Part shown: positions 13,651 to 25,825 of the stretch, in pieces
How positions within the stretch are numbered: the first letter of the stretch is position 1
Layout of the letters: each line of letters starts with the position of its first letter
NCBI GenBank assembly: GCA_011109175.1
Contig: RDEW01000028.1
Location: 463,000 to 526,999 of the forward strand
Direction: 5' to 3'
Length of the DNA stretch: 64,000 nt
DNA from: Dicyema japonicum
Lineage: Eukaryota; Animalia; Dicyemida
The notes under the pieces: model-generated
Told to the model about the DNA's origin: nothing
What the model saw: only the letters and a program-made list of their open reading frames with translations
Databases searched by the model: none
Position numbers and translations under genes: made by a program

Positions 13651-14113
13651 TTGCATTTATTATAAAGGTTTGCATTAGAGATCTTCATAGGACAGTTGAT
13701 CTTGATTATTATTATTAACCCAGACTTGCCATTGTGAGCCCAGCACAAACAATCATAACTAACTAATCCTACTTTTTTCCCTGACCAAATCCTTTGATGA
13801 AGATTGCATTATGAAAACTATTCCGCTAAAGAATAAAGTGATGTCCACGACGGTAGGACGTGGGACAAAAATGGAAAAGGGCGAACCTACTTCCCCACCT
13901 CTTTTTCGGAAGCGGAAGCCTGTAATGAAGTATTGGTTGGCACAAGCACAAGCAAATCTTGATTACCGATTTGAGCTGAGCTCTGTGGAAGGAGTCAAGG
14001 ATTCTAATAAAGAGGACATTTATAAAGGTTTATTTTAATTAAAAATAGTTTTAAATTATTAAAAGATTTTTAAATTATTCCAAGACTATTAGTTATGTGT
14101 GTACTTCACGAGC

Positions 14114-16663
14114 ATGAGTAGTGTCATCAAATTTGAAGCCTTGTCAGGGTGTCAAAATGAAAGTGTACCCTGTTATATCCTCGATGTTGACGGATTCAAC
14201 ATTATGCTCGACTGTGGTTTTGATGTAAACTGTACTGAACAATATTTGAATCAGCTGAAAGAGTTAGTATTCATAATAATCACGTGCTACAGGATTGCCT
14301 ATAAAATAGACGCAGTACTGCTGACATATCCAGATATTTACCACCTTGGAGCGATTCCCTATTTGGTTTGTAAATGCCCTCTTTCTTGTTCTGTCTACTG
14401 TACAGTGCCAGTCTATAAAATGGGGCAGATGTTTCACTATGAGTATTATCAAGTTAAAGTAATTATAATTATAGTCTGTTAGCAATGAAGAAGAGTTTAA
14501 GTTGTATAACTTGGATGATGTGGATGTTGCATTTGGTAGAATTAAAAAAATCAAGTACAATCAAACTGTCCTTCTTAATGGTTACTATTTTTAATTTTAA
14601 TTCTTTTATTTATTTTTTTATTTTCAATATTTATAATCATATTTTATTATTAAAATATAAAATAGACAATATTACCGTAATTCCTCTACCCTCTGGCCAC
14701 ATGATTGGAGGTACTGCCTGGAAAATTATAAAAGATGGGGAAGAGGAAATTATTTATGCAATTGATTACAACCACAAAATAGAAAAGTACATCACTTTTA
14801 CTATTCAGACATTTAAATAGCGGAAACTTTAAAGACTATCTTCACAGACCTCTCCTCCTAATCACCGACGCCTTCAACGCCAACTACGTCCACCCAAAAC
14901 GTAAAATTAGAGACGAATTGCTCACAAGTATTACAAATTTTATATTAGACACTATTCTCCAGACTCTAACAAACCAGGGGAATGTCCTCATTTGTGTGGA
15001 CACGGCTGGCAGGGTCCTAGAGTTAATTTTACTGCTGGTCTGCTGCTTTGTTATATTTAGGAACAAATATGGAAGACATTAACTGATCCATCTTCTAATA
15101 AGCTAGTGTTTTTGTCACACGTGGGAAACAGTGTTATCAAATTTGCGAAATCACAGGTTTTGGGTTATTAAATTCTCAGATTGAATGGATGAGTGATAAA
15201 ATTCAAAAATCCTTTGAAGAATATCGACAAAATCCGTTTGATCTCAATTTCTGCAAAATTTGTCACTCCCTAACCGAGATTGACGCCATCAAACAGCCAA
15301 TGGTGTTTTTGTGGACTTAGTCTTAGGTAGTCGTAACAGGAATGGGGGATCTTGAATACGGCTTTGCCAGGGCCCTGTTTATGAGATGGGCTGTTGACGA
15401 CAAGAATTGTATAATTACTACTAGTCGAAGCAACCCTTACACTTTGGGGAGGAAATTGTTTGACAAATCAACCAATTTGAAAAATCTCCCAATTTCGGTT
15501 TAAATTTATTTAATATTCAGATTCGATCAAAATCGCGGAAAGTCGTCAAAGATGTTAAATCTACGGAACTTAAAACATCAAAGAAATCAATTTTGTTGTC
15601 TTTTTTGCATATTAAAGGGTAAAGGAGGAGGTAAATGAAATGGAATTTGATGAAGATCCGAAGGAACAAATTAAACAGGACGTTTTTATTACGAGAGAAA
15701 ACTTTGGGAGAAATGGTTACTTTGTGTACAATCGAAAATGCTTCCCGACTTTTCCATACAAACAAATTTCCAAAATTATCGACGAATACGGAGAAATTAT
15801 CGAGTATTCAATATTCTCTATTAAGTCATTCTTTATTTCAGGAAAAGCAGAGATCGGCTAAGGCTGAACCGGAGACTGAAGAATTTGAGACAGAGGAGCG
15901 TTCTGAACCACGTGAGTACCGTTGAGGAATATAACAGTGAACTGAAAAATGTTGACATCTGTGCGAAACTTGTTTTTATCGACTTTGAGGGAAAGTCAGA
16001 CGGGGATTCTGTTCGTAAGGTTTTACAGCAGATCAATCCGAAAAATCTGGTAGTTTTTATCCTCGACGTAGATTTTGGTTCATGGAAGTGCTGAGAGTAC
16101 GAATTCACTACGGAAGCATTGTTCAGTCAATTCCATTGTTTCTGGGAAGATCTTCACTCCGAGTCTATTTGAGAACATTGATGTTATAAGCCACTCCTCT
16201 GTTTTACAGGTTTTGGGCTGTCTGACTTTTAGGTAGTAATGAAGGACTCGTTGCTCAATTCCTTGCGGTTTGTGGGGACTCCTGTTGGCTGCGACATTTC
16301 TTGGTTGGATTCTGTAGTTGAAAGTTCTGATTATTCACATTCTGAAGCGAAGAGGAAGGCTGTGCCGCTGTTGTCGCAGATTAATGTAAACTTGTGGTTT
16401 TGATGATATTAGAATTTGACGCATTCTGCAGTATTTTTTAACAACCCAAAATTCTCTGATGTCAAAACTGCGTTGGAAAAGCTCCAAATTTGCTGTGAGT
16501 TTGTTTCTGAAAGCTCTCTTTTGTGTGAGAATATTATTTTGCTTAGAAAGGTGTGTTAATATGATATTGTTAGAATGATAATAAAGTCAGTCTGGAAGGT
16601 CCGGTTTGTTCGCTTTATTACTCCGTTCGTGATGTACTTTATTCTTTTTACTCCATTATCTAA
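14114..16663 (+). CDS. CPSF2: cleavage and polyadenylation specificity factor 100 kDa subunit, 17 exons
   Basis: [75 protein letters not shown]. Sixteen GT-AG introns (30,22,85,22,21,23,23,24,23,23,22,22,22,23,27,23 nt) give one open frame from ATG 14114 to TAA 16663. Confidence 0.96.
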
Positions 16664-17229
16664 TTGTGCTAATTTTTCACTTTTTTGAATTACTTTGACT
16701 TATTGAGATTGGTAGATTGACAGGTTTATATTTCGTCGGTCTTTTGAATGACCTGGAAAGCTGTGAAGTCTGATTATTTGGTGAGTTTGTACATTACTGA
16801 ATTTATATTACATTATCATCAACAGCATTTTAGTTCTTTAAGTGGATAATATTGGACGACGTTTTTGTAATTAATTGTAGATAATTTTTTAGTTTTTCGA
16901 CGAACAAAAGTACCAAACTTTAAAATAGCTTAATAATCAATGGTTTTTTTTACCATATCGACATTTACTGGCAGGGAGAGAGTTTGATAGGTGCTAAAAA
17001 TCTTGTCAAAAATCTAGAAATCGAGGTCGATTGACATAGATGACACATTTAATAACAAAAATTTTAATGGAGAATTGTAATTTAATAAATGAAAAATCAG
17101 CATGTGATTTGGAAGAAATTACACATATTAATTCAATTGTTTTTTTTGTTTTGACGGTTTAAAATTTTTGTACATTGTATAAAAATGTATAATTAAAAAA
17201 TATTAAAAAAATAAAAATCTTATTTATAT

Positions 17230-17750
17230 TTTTTTCTTCAAGTTAAGAAATGCGAAAATTGTCTGATACATTGTTATAGTCGCACAAGTGTTCAATGTTC
17301 GCTCAAATAACCAGCAACGCTCACGAGGGTCTCCTGTTCGTTCTCTAGACAACTCAAGAATTCCAGCGTCGCAGGCGCAAGGGAACCAGACGTCTCAACG
17401 GCGAATAGAACAAACAAAAAATCATTGGGTAGGACCGCGTACTTTTCCCGTTTCATCTTCTCCCTTCTCAGCGGCAGAACAGGCTCCAGAGGCACTCTGG
17501 ACTAGGTTGCAAAATGCAAATGTCTCGGTGCAGGTAACGTCCCAAACAAGAGGTTTCCCGGCTTCAAAAGGGAAGATTGTCATCCCATCTGGTCGTTTCC
17601 CGTCCCGCCTGCAAAGACCGATTGGTTCGAAGATGGAGGGGTGTCCGGCGGCGTCAAAGCTGGCCTAACGACTTCGTTCAAGGCCATGTGTCTGGGAAAT
17701 CTGCCTGAAATCTTCCTGCAGGAGAGAGGGTGTAGGCCAAAACAGTCGAT
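17230..17750 (-). mobile_element. 3' fragment of another CRE-like subfamily
   Basis: Minus strand reads EPIGLCRRDGKRPDGMTIFPFEAGKPLVWDVTCTETF..FAVETSG (RLE PD..D motif). Confidence 0.85.
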
Positions 17751-17949
17751 TTTAAATTATTTTTCAATTATGAAAGCAGCCAGCAGTTGGTAACTGTTAG
17801 TGTTTTGTGTAATAATTAATTGTTTTAAATCTTAATTATTTTAAAATTATTAAAAAAAAATTTTTTGAAATAATAATTGCACAAAATTGCAATTTTAAAA
17901 TTTAAATTGAAATAAATATAACTACAATTAATATAAAAACACGTTGCAG

Positions 17950-18650
17950 GTTTAAGAACCATCTAAATTCATCTGATTATGCGGACTTCTGTGCCGAATT
18001 TAGTAAAGAAAACCCAAATCGAACGGCCACCGAGCTTGTCCGACATGTTTCCGACGCGGATGCTTCTAGGATTTGTCCTCAGCAAAAAAACACGAAATTT
18101 CCGGTTCTACGAGCAACAATGTCTTGTTCAACAGCTGATTGTCGAAAACAATGGGCTGCCTCAGTTATTGAAAGCACGCCCTCTAGACTGGGTCGTGTCC
18201 CAGAGGTGGTTGGGCTATTCTCTTGGAGGGGTTCAAGACTAAGTTTGGAGAGGAAATAACAATGCCTGAGTTCAGAAAACTGATATACGTCCAGGAACGC
18301 AAACAATTATCAAGCAATAAATGATTCGAAGGTGACCCAGATTCTAAGCCTGATATGTCTTCACCGTCTGGATCCTAAATTTTACGATCACTGCCGACGC
18401 AAATTTATGGAACAATTGATAATTGCCGAGCAAATTGAACAAAGCTCGAGACTCCGAACCAAAAAGATTCCTTATGTCAAGATTGACAATAACTTTGGAG
18501 TGTTTGAACTGTGTCATTAGCCAATGGGTTAAAAAGAACTCTACAATTTCTATGGATCAAATTTCTACTCTTATTTATGCTGGTCAAGCTACATATCAGA
18601 TTATTTCACTGAAAAAAATGAGCCATCGAAATAGAATGAGAATATAAGTA
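17950..18650 (+). pseudogene. decayed coding relic, possibly a Mutator/NOF-FB-like transposase piece
   Basis: About 100 open codons from ~17950, then PYVKIDNNFGVFEL; assignment from weak motif memory only. Confidence 0.25.
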
Positions 18651-18934
18651 GAAAAATTGTAAAGTAGAAATCCTTTTTTTTGCTAATTAAATAATTTTTT
18701 ATGAAGACGTTGTCATCAGAAGAAAAACCTTATGGCCTGCCACCCATTATCCTTAGTGGGATACAAAAAAAATCATGGTGAAAGAAGGAGGATTATTTCG
18801 TACATTGAAGATAAATTAAAATTCTCGAATAGTAAAAGTGTGTATCTGAGTCCAGTAAGAAATTCCGCCTTGATAATCTAAACTTCGAATTAAATCGAAG
18901 ATCATTTTACAGAAACCTAACCCCTACGGCAAAT

Positions 18935-19280
18935 AATGTTATGTTGTCCAATTAAGTCGTGTCCGACTCTTGGAGATCTCATGAACCAGTTTCCTCCTCT
19001 CTCCCCGATCCGTTGCAATTTGTAGTAGCCTTGATATAGGCATTCCCGTGACGTCTTCCACCGTGGATAGCCACCGACTCCTTGGTCGGCCAGGCAGGTC
19101 TTCTCTTCCAGTAATATTGCTCAGCATAATGGTTCTTTCCAGTGAATCAGAGCGGACAATATGCCCAAAGAACGCCAATCTGTGTTTTACGATTCTTCCT
19201 TCTAGCAAAATGTCAGTCTCTACCCGTTTGAGTACATCAATGTTCGTTATTTTGGAAGTCCAAGGGATTCAAATAATGTT
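18935..19280 (-). mobile_element. RTE-clade LINE 3' fragment
   Basis: RLAFFGHIVRSDSLERTIML..GRPRSRWL is the typical RTE/BovB C-terminus. Confidence 0.85.
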
Positions 19281-19494
19281 ACTGCGTCTATTGATAATGA
19301 AAAATGTGCAGACTTTGGGACGACGTTTGGAAAAAGAAAGATGTATGTTTAGAGAGGGTCAATATTGAAAAAAGAATAACCGGCGTTGAGAATGTACCTG
19401 TTGGATATTTAATAGAAATGGGAATAATGAAACAATTAAATATCTGCCTAACTGGAATGCCCCAGGCTGCGATGGAGTTTTCAACTTTTATGTT

Positions 19495-19760
19495 AAAACG
19501 TTCAGAGAAAGCAGAGATACTTAAAGCAAAGAAGTACACATTCCTCGGCGAGCAGTACACATTTGAACCAGTCGCAGTCGAAACTTCGGGAGTCATAGGA
19601 AGCAGGTCGTTAGCCCTGCTCAACAAAATTGGATCGTTAGTCGCTAAAAGGAGGAGGGATGTCAGAGAGAAGGGCTGGCTCATTGAGCGCATCTCCTTAC
19701 AGATCGTAAGGGGAAATGCGCTCTCAATCCTGAGAGCAGCCAGTAGCCTTTAACTATTTA
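19495..19760 (+). mobile_element. 3' end of a further CRE-like subfamily
   Basis: KKYTFLGEQYTFEPVAVETSG..WLIERISLQIVRGNA. Confidence 0.85.
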
Positions 19761-19761
19761 T

Positions 19762-22631
19762 CACCGCGAATGGAACAAAAGGATAGTCCTCCGAAATTCT
19801 CTGGTACTTCCTCCTCTTTCGTTCCTCGGCCTGCTTTGAAGCATGCCCTGGGTCTGAAGCAGAAGCAACCAAATTAGACGGGGAATAAGTATCAACACAC
19901 GTCGCAGATCAGGTTTCGTCCGTTGGCGAATGGAAAAGTCGTCATCCCATCAGGGCGTTTTCCATCGTTTCGGGAAAGACCAGCAGATTCTAACAGGCAA
20001 TGGTGTCCAGCAGAGGCAAGGGAATTCTTTAGTGTCATGTTAAGACAGGAGTGCCTGGGGAAACGACCCGCACTCATCTTGCATGACAAGGGATGATAAC
20101 CAAAAGGATCGATCCAACGTCCACAGCGGCATTTTCTTTCGGCACACAATTTAAGACCAAGACGAAGCGAGGTAGCTATTCTCACAGCCTCATCATCCAA
20201 CAGGTTTCCAATTTCGGCAGATGGATAAGCGTTCATCCAGGCCCCCGTCGAGTGACAACTGGCTGTTTTGAGGCAGGCAAGCCTTCTTACATCTTCCGTC
20301 TTTTCAAGGGACTCTTTCTTCTTTTCGAAGACACAAAACAAATAGGACTTTTGCTTATCACAATTGGCCGGAGCATTCAGGTACAAATTCATCCATTCAT
20401 CCCAGGCTCCCGACGGCGTCAGCGGTACGTTTAGTCCGGAAGTAGAGTGAAGGACCGTATCCACTAAACGCCTTGACGAGCCGAACGAAGATAAATAGGC
20501 GCCCAAAGCAACGTCCGAAGGAAGAGAAAGACCCAAACCACCGTAGGCTACAGGGAGTGAGGCCTGTAACCATCCGAAATCATCAAAACAAACATTAAGA
20601 ATGGACCCCATCGTTGACCGGATATCCACATCAATTAACGATAGAAGGTCTTTTTCGGCGTAGCATGGGGATCCCCGTAGAATAAAAAGGAGTTTTGGGA
20701 AAGGAGACAATTCTTCAGCATAAAAAAGGCGACATGACGGTCCAAAAAACTCATCCTGTCGGCAATACTGACGTAAATTAGTCCTCTTGCCTTCCAATAA
20801 CTCCCTCACCCGTTTACCAAAATCCCACACCCAAGGAAGTCGAGAGAATCAATATGAGTCTCCCTAACCCCTGGGATGATATCGCAGAGTTTTCTATGAA
20901 AAAGGTAGAATGAATCGGAACTCAAATTCAGATTAATTGCTTCGCACTTTTCATTGTTAAATTCCAGACCGATTTTTCCACACAAACGTCTGATTGATGC
21001 AACTTTGGAGAGAATATCATCGGGACTTCCACCGAGAATACAATCGTCCAGATACCAGACGTTTAGTGGAGTGCAACGGTCCTGGGCAATATGGTCGATA
21101 GACAAGGAAAATAGAAGAGGACCGAGTGGGTCCCCCTGTTGAACTCCGGATCCGACGAAATAATTCCACTGCCAAAAACAAGAGGGGATGGATCCGAATA
21201 CGCGAGATATACAAAGGGATAAATCTGAGGAATCCTCCTCCTACAGGTATCAAGAACGGTGTCCCTTCTGACTGAATTGAAGGCATTCCGGAGGTCCAAT
21301 TTGAATAAAACTCTGTCCTCAACATTCAATTCAGCTGATTGTGACGCAAATTCTCTCACTGCGTGGATCCCTGCTTCACAGCCGCCATTGATTCCGACAC
21401 CAAGCTGCGAGAGACAAAATTCGGCTGAAATTCTGAGATAACAAAACGACAAGCCATTTTTGCGGATAAACGTCGAAATACGTTTCCAATTGCAATGGGG
21501 CGAATACCACCATCTTTCTTTCCAAGGCCCGTTAGATTCGCCGAAAAAAGGAGATTCCGACCAAAATCGGAAACGTTTCCGGAAAGCATGCGAGCTACGA
21601 GATCCCGGGTTCGCTCCAAGAGTAGCGATCCAGGCCTGCCAATAGAATGGGACACCAAGTCTGACAGATGGCCAGGTTTGAGACCGTCAACTCCTCCACT
21701 GCTACTTCTTCGGAAAGAACGAAGAGCGTTGTAAATGGCTGAAGTGAAAATATCATGCATAGATTGTTCTGGACGAACAGGTTTACAAAAGTCTTCTGGT
21801 TCTGGAGGATGTTTCTCTCCCAACATACAGAGTGTCTCCTGAGTGGCTTTCACCGGGTCAGAATTCGTACAAACAGTTCGAACTGCAGCAGTAAGATCGC
21901 CCTCCATGAATATATACAGTTCTCCCTCCTATTATCTATTCATGTCTGTTTTTTTATGATGTACTACACGAAGACACTTCATGCAAAGGGTGCAGAGTAT
22001 CCAATTCTCGCAAGTGCGGGATTCGATGTTCTGTATGTGTTGGTTACTACCATAGGTTGTGAAAAACTATCCAAGAAAATTGCTCGATCACTTCCCTCGT
22101 GGTCGTGCCGGTCGTGCCGTCTGGAACTCACTAAAATTGAACCTCATGATCATTTTGTGTCATCATCATCTGTATCAGACCTTCTGGAAACCATGTCTCC
22201 GGAGGATTTTCTGGTTTTATTATCAAACACGCGACAAAGGAAGATTATCCCTGTCAGGATCCCCAAGGCTTCCCGGATCTCAATTGCTTCTGCCCTTTCT
22301 TCTTGCATTGAGAAAGCTGTGTCCAATGGCTCGAAAAAGGATTGGATCGTTCTTTTCTCTTTCCCTGTCCTTGCTATGGGGTTAGAGCGTAAGCCTGCCC
22401 CATCTTCTCGAAAACCCTCTCTATCCCATGTCCTGAAGAAGCGCGTGAGTGCCTTTATGGATTCATGGGAGTCCCTGGCTGAAGATTTATTTGTTTTCCC
22501 AGTTGATTACTTCCCAAAGTCCAATTCCAAACAGTCCAGTATGGCTCCTGAGAGGCTTCGCTCTCGTGTCAGGAGGAAATTGATGGAGGGCGATCTTACT
22601 GCTGCAGTTCGAACTGTTTGTACGGATTCTG
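19762..22631 (-). mobile_element. second copy of the PHD-CRE element with an inverted 5' segment and no 3' end
   Basis: 19762-21907 is the reverse complement of 53773-55923, and 21909-22631 is the forward copy of 53098-53821; high identity with several indels. Confidence 0.93.
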
Positions 22632-22879
22632 CCCTTCAATAAATTGTTATTGTTTAAAAAAAATAAAAAAAAATATAAAAAAATATAAAATAATGTAATT
22701 AAAAATGTTTTCAGGTTAAACATTTCGGTCTTTAGATAATAATTTTAGCAATAATAAAAATCTTTACTGAATAGATAATCATGAGGAAGGCGATTTTATC
22801 AAATAGCCGTAAGCATAAAAAATATGTCGTTTTCCATTTTTGTATTAGAAAAAATTAACTTTAAAAATTAATCCAACAA

Positions 22880-24075
22880 GTTTTATTAACAATAAAATAT
22901 TATTTATTAACAATAACGGGGAAGAGAGGCTGCTGACATTACGAAGAAAGCGTTTTCCGCGGACAACTGCAATCCCAATTCGTTGCCTCAGCCAGCCGCA
23001 GCAACAAGATATTTCGATTGCCACCAGTACCAAAGCGATCTCCAATTCCAACATATTTTTTAATTTTGATTTTCTCAGCAAGATCAGATACTAGCGATTT
23101 TCCCTCATAGAACGGAAAGATTGTTAGCTCATCTGGTCTTTTCCCGTCTCCGCGGTCCAATCCCACGGGCTCCAGCACTAACAGGAAACCTGCAGCTTCA
23201 AGAGCACGCATGACAATGTTGTTCATAGCAGCTGGCTGGGTGCTCTGCACGCATTCCTTTTGCATGAAAGCGGATGAATCCCTTTGGGATTGACGATTCC
23301 TCCACAACGACATTGGTGTTTGACGCATACATCAACTCACAGGAGCTGTGCGATCCCAATCCGAATACAGTCATCGTCCAAAAGGGTCCCCAAAGAGGAA
23401 CATGGGAGTGCATCCAGCCATGCTTCGCTTCCATGGGTGGCGACGGACACGAGGCATGCAAGACGATGCTGGTTGGCCTTATACTTTAGCACGTCGAAGA
23501 TATTCTTAAAGTAGATCTCATCCCAGTCACGTTTCCTCACGGATCGTTCGGCGTATCTAACCAATTTCACACCATTCGCGATGAACAATTTCCCAAGAAA
23601 GACCGGTTGGAAAACGTAGGAAATCTTGGACCAAAAGACTTCCACTTAAGAGCGATGACAGATATGTTGGAAAGGCGATCTCCAGCACCGACCTGGAACC
23701 CGTGCCTTCGAGGCGTGTAGGAAGCTTGCATTGGTTCCAACCTAGCATGTCAAAGTGGATGTTTAGAAGCAATTCGGCTGATTTTCTCAATGTCCTATCC
23801 ACTGACAAGAGGATGTTACGATATTTGAAGCAGGGAGAACGACGGAGAGCGTATAGGAGTTTGGGCAAACCGATGCTATTATTCAAAAGGAAGAACGCTT
23901 TATGAGCATCGAGTAAAAAAAGTTTCTCCGTAACTCTAGAGAGCTCATCCTCCTTTGTTAGTAGATGGCTCCGCAGTTCCTTTTCCTCAAGTGGACACCC
24001 AAGAAAGTATGTCCACTTCCTGGATACGACAGTAATTCCAGGTAGTATCGAGTTGAAAGACTCGACCACGTTGAG
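22880..24075 (-). mobile_element. 5'-truncated CRE-like subfamily C copy
   Basis: FLGCPL..LPKLLYALR..LPTRLEG, AWLDALPCSSLGTLLDD, EPVGLDRGDGKRPD, WLRQRIGIAVVRG. Confidence 0.88.
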
Positions 24076-24640
24076 CAGTGGTTTTCAAAGCAGGCCCTGG
24101 GATCTTTTGTGCGCCCCCGACAAATTTATTATCAGATTAAAAAATTATCATTAGTAATAATTTTAATAATTGTTTTTTTAAACAAAATAATTTTTTAACA
24201 ATTAAACAAATGTCAGTTGAAAAAGCCTGCTGTGTGGATTGCCTACGAGTTCCCTCGGAGTATGGCTATTCCAATTTTTTGTCTTAGCCATAACCCTTCT
24301 CGTTGATCCCTTTTCTTTCTGGAAAGCAAACCTCCGAGTTCTCGCAAGAACTCATAATTGTTTTAAAATTTTAAAATCAAATTTTAATTCACTCGTTGAA
24401 ATATTATTTTTTAATCAGGTGTGCGTAAACAATCAAGGACTATAGTACAGGAAAACAGAGGATTCAAATATGAATGGAAGGAAAAGTTCTCTTGATTAAA
24501 ATACATGGCAAAGTACATTGTTTAATATGTCACGCAACAATAAAATCGTTAAACACCTACTCCAAAAGACATTATCAACAGCACGAATCAATTTATGATT
24601 GTTATCAAGGTGATTCTAGAAAACAAAAAGTCGTTTTGTT
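24076..24640 (+). mobile_element. left end of a Buster-type hAT, interrupted by a subfamily D CRE 3' fragment (24170-24360, minus strand)
   Basis: TIR-like cagtggttttcaaa at 24076; BED finger HCLICH..KRHYQQH similar to ORF 44345-44869. Confidence 0.75.
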
Positions 24641-25466
24641 GCATTGCCACAACCGCATGAAGAGCATTTCGTATCTAGTCTCTTGGGTATAATGTGTGCT
24701 GCTCAATGATGAGGTTCGTGGTAATGAGCAATTCTTCAGTTCAGGTCCGAGGTAATGAATAATTCACGATACAACTACGCACCAAAAAAGCACACATCAC
24801 GAGATTTATAGATATTTCAAATTAATTGATTTAAAAATTATTGTGACCTCCCACACCTAATTGCGAGGTGATCGACGGTCTTCTTTGCTGAGTTACAATG
24901 TCTGCACTTAGTTTCTCCGTATATTAACGACAAATTAATTTAAATCGTAAAAATCATTTATTGTATCTAAATTAGCCAAGTCTCTTCTATTTTCTTGAAT
25001 AATAGTTCCATCTCATTCCAAAATTACCATTCCAGTTGGAGAGATTTCTTTGACGTAATAGATATGGATATCCATGTGCTCGACCTTTACCCAGAGGCAT
25101 CTTGTACGACTTATTTTAAATACTGGATGAGATCAAGAGTTTTCCGAACATTAGTACGCTTTTTAATCGCACCAGATGCCTCGATAATTAATAGAAAATC
25201 TAAATTTCAGATACTTCTTAATTCCGCATAAATCGTTACTAAAATAAAATTTAAATCTGTTAGATGCGTCTTCTGAAATGAGTTTTCCGCCATCCTTATC
25301 AATTTATAAACAAATATTAACGTAGTTTTTTTGGATAAATTGCTTCCAACCATCTTTTGATTAAAACTCTAGTTATTTTTACTTCATTAAAATTTTTACA
25401 ATAATATTCAACAATTTCCCTTTCTGGTAAGAATTATTTTGGGTAGATAGCCAATTTCAATAGATT

Positions 25467-25825
25467 GTGTAGACACGTTCTCAAGCACGAATATTTTTAA
25501 ATCGGTTCAGACGCCTGGAGCAGCTGCTTCGACTGCGGAGAACCTAAAAATCAAGAAATATTTTTGTCTCGGGGATCGCTACCGATTTACTCCTGTTGCG
25601 ACCGAATCATCGGGAGCCGTTGGTCCAATGACGGCTGAGTTCTTGCGAGAACTCGGAGGATTGCTTGCCAGAAAGAAAAGGGATCAACGAGAAGGGTTAT
25701 GGCTAAGACAAAAGATTGGAATAGCCATACTCCGAGGGAACTCGTTCGCAATCCACGCAGCAGGCTTCCTCAACTGACTTTTGTTAATTGTTAAAAAAAT
25801 TATTTTGTTTTAAAAAAAATAAAAA
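25467..25825 (+). mobile_element. 5'-truncated CRE subfamily D copy with 8-bp TSD
   Basis: Open frame CVDTFS..TPVATESSG..WLRQKIGIAILRGNS*; A-rich tail; aatagatt at 25459-25466 and 25826-25833. Confidence 0.88.

Noticed and set aside
14114-16663. alternative nuclear genetic code or stop readthrough
   Set aside because: All in-frame stops are removed by short GT-AG introns, and TAA, TAG and TGA are all used as real stops in the window
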